Positions 36,736 to 44,781 of a DNA stretch of 64,000 nt are shown in pieces; positions within the stretch are counted from its first letter, which is position 1; every line of letters starts with the position of its first letter. The stretch lies in contig JAKSKX010000005.1 in the NCBI GenBank assembly GCA_024401535.1, positions 85,558 to 149,557 of the forward strand. Reading direction: 5' to 3'. The stretch is from Paludibacteraceae bacterium (GTDB taxonomy: Bacteria; Bacteroidota; Bacteroidia; Bacteroidales; Paludibacteraceae). Position numbers and translations under genes: made by a program. The notes beneath the pieces are model-generated. The model did not search any database, was not told the DNA's origin, and saw only the letters and a list, made by a program, of their open reading frames with translations.

Positions 36736-37959
36736 ATGAATATATTGAATCTTGTAAAAATTGCATATCAGGCACTGCTTCGTAATACGACTCGTGCCTT
36801 GCTTACTATGCTCGGTATAATTATCGGTATCAGCTCTGTGATTGCAATGGTCAATCTTGGACAGAGCAGTCAGCAGAGTATTTCCGACAACATCAGCAGT
36901 ATGGGAACTAACCTGATTATGGTTATGCGAGCTCGTAATGTAAAGGGTGGCGGAGGAGTTAATACGGGTGCCTCTAACGTTCAGTCACTTACTGTCGATG
37001 ATGTGGAGGCCGTAAGGAAGTACGCAAAATATGTTTCGGCAATTTCTCCTTCGGTTACTGCAAGTGGACAGCTTGTGAAGGGTGCAAATAATATGCCTGG
37101 AACAATGCAGGGAGGTAGTCCAGAGTTCCTTGAAATCAAGAAATATGAGCTTGAATCTGGAGTGAACTTTAGGGACGAGGATGTCAGAACCTATGCAAAA
37201 GTGTGTCTTATCGGACAGACTGTTGTCAGCACGCTTTTCCCTAACGAGGAGCCTATAGGAAAAGAGATTCGTTTCGGAAAGATTCCTTTGAAAGTTATCG
37301 GAACACTAAAGTCAAAAGGTCAGGACGGAAGAGGCCAGGACCAGGACGACATTGTGATTGCACCATATTCAACAGTGCAGAAGCGAATCCTTGCGCAGAA
37401 CCATTTGCAGATGATTTATGCAAGTGCGTCTAGCGAGGATGTGGCTGACCTTGCAACTCAAGAGATTGAGAGGATAATCCGAAGGCAACATGGCCTTTCC
37501 GATGATCAGTCTAACGATTTTGATGTCAGAACGCAGGCTGAAATGCTTGAAATGATGTCTTCCGTAACAGAGACAATGACTGCTTTGCTTACTGCAACAG
37601 CCATCATTTCCCTAATAGTCGGAGGTATCGGAATCATGAACATCATGTACGTTACTGTAACTGAGCGTATTAAAGAAATCGGTTTGAGAATGGCAATCGG
37701 TGCCAAGAGCAGAGATGTGCTTTGGCAGTTCCTTATCGAAAGCGCAATCCTGTCTTTAGTAGGAGGAATCATAGGCATTATACTGGGACTTGTCCTAAGC
37801 TATTTCATTGCAATGTTCACCAATATGCCTTATGTTGTGAGTGTAGGTGCTGTAATAGCCAGTTTTGTTGTCTCTGCGTTTATCGGAATCTTCTTCGGTT
37901 GGTTGCCGGCAAGAAAAGCAGCAAAGCTTGATCCTATTACCGCATTGAGATACGAATAG
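36736..37959 (+). CDS. ABC transporter permease (MacB/FtsX-like, with MacB periplasmic domain)
   Basis: 407 aa with an N-terminal TM helix, a large periplasmic domain and the C-terminal FtsX-type 3-TM block (GGIGIMNIMYVTVTERIKEIGLRMAIGA). Confidence 0.9.
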   Translation: MNILNLVKIAYQALLRNTTRALLTMLGIIIGISSVIAMVNLGQSSQQSISDNISSMGTNLIMVMRARNVKGGGGVNTGASNVQSLTVDDVEAVRKYAKYVSAISPSVTASGQLVKGANNMPGTMQGGSPEFLEIKKYELESGVNFRDEDVRTYAKVCLIGQTVVSTLFPNEEPIGKEIRFGKIPLKVIGTLKSKGQDGRGQDQDDIVIAPYSTVQKRILAQNHLQMIYASASSEDVADLATQEIERIIRRQHGLSDDQSNDFDVRTQAEMLEMMSSVTETMTALLTATAIISLIVGGIGIMNIMYVTVTERIKEIGLRMAIGAKSRDVLWQFLIESAILSLVGGIIGIILGLVLSYFIAMFTNMPYVVSVGAVIASFVVSAFIGIFFGWLPARKAAKLDPITALRYE

Positions 37960-38040
37960 TTGTTCGCTGATACAAATACAAAGTTCAGGGATGTGTTATT
38001 GTGGCAAGTTTCCCTGAACTTTTTTTATTTTATATTCCAA

Positions 38041-38586
38041 ATGTCTAAAAAATCGGAAATTCGCAAATATATCAAGGGTTTAACCAAATCGAAGAGTGTC
38101 GAAGAGAAAAGAGAGGCGAGTGAAAAGGTTATAGCTAAGTTAGAGAGTACGCCTTTATTCCGCAATGCCAAAACTGTGATGCTGTTCCATTCCCTTCCGG
38201 ATGAAGTCTGCACTCATGAGTTGATAGACAAATATGCGGGCGAGAAACGTATTGTTCTGCCTGCGCTGATAGATTGTCCTCCGTACTGGCAGCTACGCGA
38301 ATATACGTCCCAAAATGACCTGAAAATGGGCGCGTTCAATATAATGGAGCCGGTAGGAAAATTGTTTGAGGATTATGACAGCATTGACCTTGTTGTTGTG
38401 CCTGGTCTGGCGTTCTCTTTGAAAGGCAAGAGGGTAGGCAGAGGCAAAGGATATTACGATAGGATATTGTCAGCTGTAGGAGCTCCTACAATAGCGATTT
38501 GTTTCCCATGGCAGATACTCGAAGACGAAGAAATCGAGTGTGATGAGTGGGATATTTCAATGGACAACGTGTTAGATGTGAGATAG
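38041..38586 (+). CDS. 5-formyltetrahydrofolate cyclo-ligase
   Basis: VVVPGLAFSLKGKRVGRGKGYYDR family signature. The ATG at 38041 (MSKKSEIRKYI) is preferred over the upstream ORF-track start. Confidence 0.85.
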   Translation: MSKKSEIRKYIKGLTKSKSVEEKREASEKVIAKLESTPLFRNAKTVMLFHSLPDEVCTHELIDKYAGEKRIVLPALIDCPPYWQLREYTSQNDLKMGAFNIMEPVGKLFEDYDSIDLVVVPGLAFSLKGKRVGRGKGYYDRILSAVGAPTIAICFPWQILEDEEIECDEWDISMDNVLDVR

Positions 38587-38603
38587 AACAACCGTTCTAT
38601 CTC
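38580..38603. terminator. Perfect 10-bp hairpin between convergent genes (5-FCL and dgt), overlapping the 5-FCL stop codon
   Basis: GAGATAGAAC aacc GTTCTATCTC. It can fold in transcripts from either strand. Confidence 0.55.
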
Positions 38604-38637
38604 ATTTCCTTTATATGTTTGTCCCGATAAGAGTTTT

Positions 38638-39987
38638 CTACATTTCGGGAAGAGAAATACCCATGATTTTTCTGTAAAGGTCAAGGGCATAGACGTCTGT
38701 CATTCCCGAAACATAGTCAAGTACAGCAAGTATGCGCTTGTAAGGGTCGTCATTGTCAAGTTCGTACTGGTTTGGAACTCTTGCCAGTATTTGTTTGGAA
38801 TAGGCCTTTTCTGCAGCAAAAGCGGCCTCTATCTCTTTCTCAATCAGTGTGTACATGATGTTGTAGCCGGCGATTTCAATGTCAACAACCTCTTTGCATC
38901 GGTAAATCTTTGCGTATGACAGTTGCTGGCATTTCTTGTAGGCGGAACTGATGTCTTCGCGCATATTGTCTATCAGTGAGCCTTTGAATTCTCCTCTAAG
39001 TATAGCCTCCTCGTTTTCTGCGAACACTCTTGAGCATTCATCTATCAAAGTGCCGAACACTGCAGAGCGAAGGTATGCGATATGCTCGTTAAAGTCCGGA
39101 ACGTCATTCCTTCTAGCTTGAATCTTTTTCTGTCGCTCTATAGGAAGGAAGTCCAGAAACAGGTTCATTGCCTCCTCCTTGTCAAGAATACGAAGTTTAT
39201 AGGCGTCTTCTATGTCCATGATTTCGTAGCAGATGTCATCAGCAGCCTCGACAAGGTACACTAACGGGTGACGGGCATACGAACCGTCCTCCTTTTTTAT
39301 TATTCCAAGGTGGTCGGCAATCTTCTGGTAAATGTCTTTGTCTGCCTGGAAGAATCCGAATTTGTTTTTGTTTCCCTTGACAGTGTATGCTTCGTATGGG
39401 TATTTGACAATGGATGCAAGTGTGGAGTAGGTTAAAACAAATCCTCCCTCGCGTCTGCCTTTGAACTGGTGTGACAGAAGTCTGAATGTGTTGGCGTTTC
39501 CGTCAAAGTGAGTGAAGTCAGCCCACTCCTCGTCCCTGATGTTGTATTTGTCCTTTAGCTCAAGCCCCTTGCCTTCCGAGAAGTATGAGGATATGGCGGT
39601 CTCTCCACCATGTCCGAACGGTGGATTACCCATGTCGTGCGCAAGACATGCGGCGGAAACGATGGCTCCAAGTTCCGACGTGCATTCTGCTACAGCATCA
39701 CCATATTTACCCTTCAGGAACTTCGCTGCCTCGTTTCCTAATGACCTGCCTACGCAGCTCACCTCGAGGGAGTGTGTGAGTCTGTTATGAACAAATATAT
39801 TTTTGGGAAGAGGAAATACCTGCGTCTTGTTTTGAAGCCTTCTGAAAGGAGAACTGAAAACAAGTCTGTCATAGTCTCTCTGAAATTCTGTCCTGCTTTC
39901 GGATTTCTCGCTATGATAAGTTTCAAGTCCTAGCCTCATGGTACTTATGAGCTTATTCCATTCCATTTTTCTGCTATTGTTTTCCAT
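38638..39987 (-). CDS. dgt: dGTP triphosphohydrolase-like HD-domain protein
   Basis: RTEFQRDYDRLVFSSPFRRLQNKTQVF, NRLTHSLEVSCVGRSLG and CLAHDMGNPPFGH blocks; 449 aa. Confidence 0.9.
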   Translation of the reverse strand: MENNSRKMEWNKLISTMRLGLETYHSEKSESRTEFQRDYDRLVFSSPFRRLQNKTQVFPLPKNIFVHNRLTHSLEVSCVGRSLGNEAAKFLKGKYGDAVAECTSELGAIVSAACLAHDMGNPPFGHGGETAISSYFSEGKGLELKDKYNIRDEEWADFTHFDGNANTFRLLSHQFKGRREGGFVLTYSTLASIVKYPYEAYTVKGNKNKFGFFQADKDIYQKIADHLGIIKKEDGSYARHPLVYLVEAADDICYEIMDIEDAYKLRILDKEEAMNLFLDFLPIERQKKIQARRNDVPDFNEHIAYLRSAVFGTLIDECSRVFAENEEAILRGEFKGSLIDNMREDISSAYKKCQQLSYAKIYRCKEVVDIEIAGYNIMYTLIEKEIEAAFAAEKAYSKQILARVPNQYELDNDDPYKRILAVLDYVSGMTDVYALDLYRKIMGISLPEM

Positions 39988-40015
39988 TATTCATCCTTTT
40001 TTATGTTATGTATCA

Positions 40016-40023
40016 CAAAAATA
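40016..40023 (-). promoter_or_regulatory. -7 promoter box (minus strand TATTTTTG) upstream of dgt
   Basis: Plus strand reads CAAAAATA. 28 nt upstream of the dgt start at 39987. Confidence 0.4.
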
Positions 40024-40135
40024 TGTGAAAAGTGTGAAATATTCAAAGAATAATTGAACTTTTCTTGCTATTTATTTTAAAGAGTATTATTTTAGTCAAC
40101 AGATATGGCGCATAATTGAAAAAACTTTACTTTAT

Positions 40136-41227
40136 ATGACCACAAAATCGTTGATAAGAGACATATTTTTAACACCATTGTCGTGGTTGTATGGGGCTGT
40201 AATGAGCGTCAGAAACTTGATGTTCGATATCGGACTGCTTCCATCTAAAAAGTTTGGTGTTCCGGTGATAGTGGTCGGAAACATTTCGGTCGGGGGAACA
40301 GGTAAGACTCCCCTTACAGAACATTTGATATCTGTGCTGTCTGACAAGTTCAAGATAGCTGTAGTCAGCAGAGGTTACAAGAGGAAGACAAGCGGTTTTG
40401 TACTTTCCTCGTCGGTCAGCACCCCTTCTGACATCGGGGACGAGCCTTATCAGATGAAGCGAAAGTTCCCGAACATAACTTTGGCGGTGGATGAAAAGCG
40501 AGTCAGAGCAATAAAGAAACTGCTTGCCAGTGAAAACAAGCCGGATATATTCCTTTTGGATGATGCGTACCAGCATCGTTATGTAACTCCGGATATATCC
40601 ATTCTGCTCGTTGACTTCAATAATTTGATTTACAAGGACGAGCTTCTTCCTAAAGGAAGATTGCGAGAAAAGGTTTCGGCAAAGAACAGGGCTGACATAG
40701 TTGTGGTTACAAAGTGTCCCGCTGACATATCTCCTATGGACTTGAGAGTGGTTACGGCAGACCTGAAGCTTTTCAGCTACCAGAGTCTATATTTCACAAC
40801 TATGGTTTACGATGAGCCTAAGGCTGTATTTTCTGCTCCATTGAAGGATTCCTATGCAGACTGTTCTGCACTTGCTTTGTCAGGAATAGCGCAGCCGTTA
40901 ACTTTCGAGCAGCATGTCGCGTCCTTGTCCTCGAATATGAAGGAGATGCGTTTCAGAGACCATCACAATTTCACGGATGAAGATTATTCAAGAATAAAGG
41001 AAGCCTATAATTCACTCGAAGGAAGCAAAAAGGTGATATTCGTCACAGAAAAGGACGCTGTGAGAATGATGAATGACAACTTGTTCCCAGATGAGTTGAA
41101 GTCGGCTGTTTATTATATACCTATGAAAGTTCGTTTCATCAGCTATTTAAAGAAGGACGAACAAACGTTTAACTCTCAAATTATTAGTTATGTTACAAAG
41201 AATAGAAGCTACATGCGCTTATCTTAA
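40136..41227 (+). CDS. lpxK: Tetraacyldisaccharide 4'-kinase
   Basis: LTPLSWLYGAVMSVRN, P-loop VGNISVGGTGKTP, ILLDDAYQH. Confidence 0.9.
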   Translation: MTTKSLIRDIFLTPLSWLYGAVMSVRNLMFDIGLLPSKKFGVPVIVVGNISVGGTGKTPLTEHLISVLSDKFKIAVVSRGYKRKTSGFVLSSSVSTPSDIGDEPYQMKRKFPNITLAVDEKRVRAIKKLLASENKPDIFLLDDAYQHRYVTPDISILLVDFNNLIYKDELLPKGRLREKVSAKNRADIVVVTKCPADISPMDLRVVTADLKLFSYQSLYFTTMVYDEPKAVFSAPLKDSYADCSALALSGIAQPLTFEQHVASLSSNMKEMRFRDHHNFTDEDYSRIKEAYNSLEGSKKVIFVTEKDAVRMMNDNLFPDELKSAVYYIPMKVRFISYLKKDEQTFNSQIISYVTKNRSYMRLS

Positions 41228-42014
41228 GAGTAAGACAAGCCTAAGACCTGAAATAGCAATCATACTAGGTACCGGATTGGGTGGTTTGGTAGAGGAAATC
41301 AAGATAGAGACAGAGATCCCATATTCAGAGATTCCAAACTTCGTCCAAAGTACAGTAAAGGGACATAGCGGAAAGCTTATCTTCGGAACCATTGCAGGGG
41401 TTCCAGTGATGGCTATGCAGGGAAGATTCCATTTTTATGAAGGTTATTCGATGCAGGATGTAACTTACCCAGAGCGTGTTATGAAGATTATGGGAATCAA
41501 ATATCTGATGGTAAGCAACGCTGCAGGAGGTTTGAACCCTGAGTTCAAGGCAGGAGACATTATGCTGATAACCGACCATATAAATCTGTTCCCTGAACAT
41601 CCGTTGAGAGGCAAGAACGACGAGACTTTTGGTACTCGCTTCCCTGATATGAACAATGCCTATAACCGTGATATTTTTGCCAGGGCAGAGTCTGTTGCCG
41701 CTAAGAATAACATTCCATACAAAAAGGGTGTGTATGTAGGTAATCAAGGTCCTACATTCGAAACTGTGGCCGAGTACAAGTATTTCCGCTTGATCGGAGG
41801 AGATACGGTCGGAATGAGTACAGTTCCAGAGATTATCGTGGCTCACTGGTGTGGAATCAAGTGCTTTGGAGTTTCGATTGTCTCGAATGCGTTGGGTGAC
41901 GCCTTGAATGGAATCGAGACTTCTCACGAGGAGGTGCAGAAAAACACAAACATGGCAAAGGAGTATCTAAAGACTCTGTTCCGTGATTTGGTTGTCGAAA
42001 TTAACAAGATGTAG
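41190..42014 (+). CDS. punA: Purine nucleoside phosphorylase (trimeric PNP/PunA type)
   Basis: IILGTGLGGL, GHSGKLIFG, MQGRFHFYEG and VGMSTVPE blocks. Overlaps the lpxK 3' end by 38 nt. Confidence 0.88.
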   Translation: MLQRIEATCAYLKSKTSLRPEIAIILGTGLGGLVEEIKIETEIPYSEIPNFVQSTVKGHSGKLIFGTIAGVPVMAMQGRFHFYEGYSMQDVTYPERVMKIMGIKYLMVSNAAGGLNPEFKAGDIMLITDHINLFPEHPLRGKNDETFGTRFPDMNNAYNRDIFARAESVAAKNNIPYKKGVYVGNQGPTFETVAEYKYFRLIGGDTVGMSTVPEIIVAHWCGIKCFGVSIVSNALGDALNGIETSHEEVQKNTNMAKEYLKTLFRDLVVEINKM

Positions 42015-42038
42015 TTATCTTATATGAAATTATTTGTT

Positions 42039-42067
42039 GGGTGCGCTTATGGGTGCACCTTTTTTTG
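42039..42067 (+). terminator. Hairpin plus U7 tract after the PNP gene
   Basis: GGGTGC (10-nt loop) GCACCT followed by ttttttt. Confidence 0.5.
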
Positions 42068-42082
42068 TGTGTTGAATAAAAC

Positions 42083-42110
42083 AAAAAAGGTGGTCGTTGC
42101 TGACCACCTT
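42083..42110 (-). terminator. Rho-independent terminator of the minus-strand feoAB operon
   Basis: On the minus strand: AAGGTGGTC agcaac GACCACCTT followed by TTTTTTGT. It lies 12 nt past the stop of the Cys-rich peptide. Confidence 0.75.
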
Positions 42111-42121
42111 GATGATGTTGT

Positions 42122-42304
42122 TCACTCTGTCTTATCTTTTTTGTCTTTGTCGCAGCATTTGTTGCCGCCCTTCTTTCGCATCTCGTCACGATGCTCACAA
42201 TTACAATCCTTGCATCCGCAACAATCCTCGTTTTTGAAGAAGATCAGTTTGATCAATGTTGCTGCAGCAATTGTAATTATGATGTAAACTACTGCTTCCT
42301 GCAT
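42122..42304 (-). CDS. FeoB-associated Cys-rich membrane protein (60 aa)
   Basis: MQEAVVYIIITIAAATLIKLIFFKNEDCCGCKDCNCEHRDEMRKKGGNKCCDKDKKDKTE: one TM helix plus a Cys-rich tail, 23 nt downstream of feoB. The internal ATG of the 115-aa ORF-track entry was used. Confidence 0.75.
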   Translation of the reverse strand: MQEAVVYIIITIAAATLIKLIFFKNEDCCGCKDCNCEHRDEMRKKGGNKCCDKDKKDKTE

Positions 42305-42327
42305 TTCCTTTTGTGTTATAGTTAGTC

Positions 42328-44769
42328 CTAAATAATATTTGTTGCAATTTGATAGAATAGAAAAGATGTTATCCATGCCACGCTTATGGTGTATAGGGCA
42401 CAGAATCCCGCCCATCCCCATGAAGACTCTTTTGCCAATGCCGATATTGCCGCTATACATGGTGTGCATAGCAATACAAACAGCATCAAAGAGAATGCAA
42501 CAATAGGATTAAAGATGTTGTTGCCGTTCTCGTCCTTCACGTTCTGCAGTACATGTACAAGCTTCTCGCTATTTTCGTCTGCATCGAGGTCTGCCTGATA
42601 GAGAATGCCCATTGAAGTCACTATAATCTCTTTTGCAGCAATACCTGTAAGAATGCTAACTCCTGTGCGCCAGTCGAATCCCAGAGGCTTTACAACTGGA
42701 GCTATAGCATGTCCAATTTTTCCGATGTATGAATTCTCGTTGTGGATTTTGTTTTTCTTTAGTTCTAGTTCTGCTCGTTGTGCGTCGTTCTTGTCCAACT
42801 GCTCTATCTGAGCTTCAATCTCCTCTATTTCTGGAGATGATTTTGGAAAGTAGTTTAGTGCCCAAAGTACAATTGAGGCAAGCAGAATCACTGTTCCCAT
42901 CTTCTTGAGGTACTGAACAGCTTTGTCCCACATGTGGATAAGTACACTTCTTGCTGTAGGAATTCTGTACGGAGGGAGCTCCATCACAAACTCCTCTGAA
43001 TTGTTCTTGAACTTTGTCTTCTTCAGAAGCAGAGCAGTGAGGATTGCGAATACAATTCCTATCAAGTAGATTAGGAACAGAATCAATCCCTGGTTGTTCT
43101 TGAAGAAAGCACCGACAAGCAGCAGATATACTGGAAGTCGAGCTGAGCAGGACATGAACGGAATAGCCATCATTGTGATTATCCTGTCCTTGGGGTTCTC
43201 GAGTGTTCTGGTTGCCATTATGGCGGGAACACCGCAGCCGAAACCGCTAAGCATAGGTATGAAGCTCTTTCCGTGCAGACCAACCTTGTGCATCACCTTG
43301 TCCATGATGAATGCTGCTCGGGCCATATATCCAGTATCTTCGAGTATTGCGATAAAGAAGAACAGAATCAAGATGTTAGGTAGGAATACAATAACTCCGC
43401 CCACACCGGCAATGATTCCGTCTATTATCAAGTCAGCCAGTATTCCTTTCGGAATTACAGCTTTTGCACCCTCACAAATTAGACCTACAAGGCTTTCTAT
43501 CCAGCTCTGAGGGTATGCTCCAATAGTGAAAGTCGCTTCAAATATAATGAAAAGGAATAGAAACAAGAAAGGAAATCCTAAAAATTTGTGTGTTAGGATT
43601 TTGTCGGCCTTGTATTCAAGTTCGTTAGTCGCTCCTTCTTGAAGTGTCAGAGTTTCGTTTAGAGCGCCTCTGATAAAGCCATATTTGGCGTTTGTTATGG
43701 CACTAGAAGTGTCCTCTCCGTAGGTTCTCGATATGTTTCCTCTGGAAATTTCCAGTTGTTTCTTTATCTCTCCGAAGTTGGTGAAATACTTCTTTATGCT
43801 GTCTTCTGTATGTTTGTCTCCCTCCAGAAGCTTAAGGACAACGTAGCGGAAAGGGTAGTCAACAGCGATTTCTTTATGTTGTGCTATCATGGGCTTTATG
43901 ACAGCGATCTCGTTCTCTATTACCGGTCCGTAGTTGATGTGGATGTGCTTTATAAGCTTATCCTGATCTTCATATACGCTGACAATGTGGTCCAAGACGT
44001 GGGTTATTCCCTCACCAGTCTTTGCGCAGGTAGGCACGCATGGGAATCCTATGATTTTCTCTAGCTGGTCAAGGTCAAGCTTTGAGCCGCTCTTTTCAAG
44101 AACATCATACATGTTCAATGCCATGACCATGCGCACGTTCATGTCTATCAGCTGTGTGGTAAGGAACATGTTTCGTGCCAGGTTTCCTGCGTCAACGACA
44201 TTCAGAATAAGGTCTGGATGTTTCTCTGTTATGAATTCCCTGACATATAGTTCTTCCGGAGAGTACTCTGTGATTGAGTATGTTCCCGGCAAATCCACAA
44301 GGTTGATAGTGTAGCCATTGTGATAGAAAGTTCCAGTTTTTGACGATACGGTAACACCGCTATAGTTTCCAACGTGCTCGTGCAGACCTGTTGCGTGGTT
44401 GAACAGTGATGTTTTTCCGCAGTTGGGGTTGCCGACCAAGGCTACAGTTATAGTCTTGCTGAGGTTCTCGAGCCTAGCCTCAATGTCTTCGCTGATAGTT
44501 CCTTTGTAGTCATAGTTATTCGACAAGGAGTCGTCCGTGCTGATTACTTCGATGTGCGCTGCCTCTTTTCTTCTCAGTGACACATGGCTCTGCATAACTT
44601 TGTATTCGATGGGGTCTTGCAGGGGAGCGTTCTTGAGTACTGTTATTTTTTCTCCCTTTACGAATCCCATTTCCATGACGCGGTGACGAAATCCTCCGTG
44701 TCCGTTCACGCGAAAGACTACGCACTCCTTTCCTTGTTCTATGTCCGAAAGACGATGAGTGTTATTCAT
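42328..44769 (-). CDS. feoB: Ferrous iron transporter, FeoA-FeoB fusion
   Basis: N-terminal FeoA-like SH3 region (LSDIEQGKECVVFRVNG...GEKITVLK), G-domain GNPNCGKTSLFN / DLPGTYS, and a large polytopic C-terminal permease. Confidence 0.93.
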   Translation of the reverse strand: MNNTHRLSDIEQGKECVVFRVNGHGGFRHRVMEMGFVKGEKITVLKNAPLQDPIEYKVMQSHVSLRRKEAAHIEVISTDDSLSNNYDYKGTISEDIEARLENLSKTITVALVGNPNCGKTSLFNHATGLHEHVGNYSGVTVSSKTGTFYHNGYTINLVDLPGTYSITEYSPEELYVREFITEKHPDLILNVVDAGNLARNMFLTTQLIDMNVRMVMALNMYDVLEKSGSKLDLDQLEKIIGFPCVPTCAKTGEGITHVLDHIVSVYEDQDKLIKHIHINYGPVIENEIAVIKPMIAQHKEIAVDYPFRYVVLKLLEGDKHTEDSIKKYFTNFGEIKKQLEISRGNISRTYGEDTSSAITNAKYGFIRGALNETLTLQEGATNELEYKADKILTHKFLGFPFLFLFLFIIFEATFTIGAYPQSWIESLVGLICEGAKAVIPKGILADLIIDGIIAGVGGVIVFLPNILILFFFIAILEDTGYMARAAFIMDKVMHKVGLHGKSFIPMLSGFGCGVPAIMATRTLENPKDRIITMMAIPFMSCSARLPVYLLLVGAFFKNNQGLILFLIYLIGIVFAILTALLLKKTKFKNNSEEFVMELPPYRIPTARSVLIHMWDKAVQYLKKMGTVILLASIVLWALNYFPKSSPEIEEIEAQIEQLDKNDAQRAELELKKNKIHNENSYIGKIGHAIAPVVKPLGFDWRTGVSILTGIAAKEIIVTSMGILYQADLDADENSEKLVHVLQNVKDENGNNIFNPIVAFSLMLFVLLCTPCIAAISALAKESSWGWAGFCALYTISVAWITSFLFYQIATNII

Positions 44770-44781
44770 TTCCGTTTATTT

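Noticed and set aside
42024-42287. An 87-aa plus-strand ORF downstream of the PNP gene.
   Set aside because: It is the antisense of the FeoB-associated Cys-rich peptide gene and of two terminators. The minus-strand reading gives a recognised family and correct operon context.
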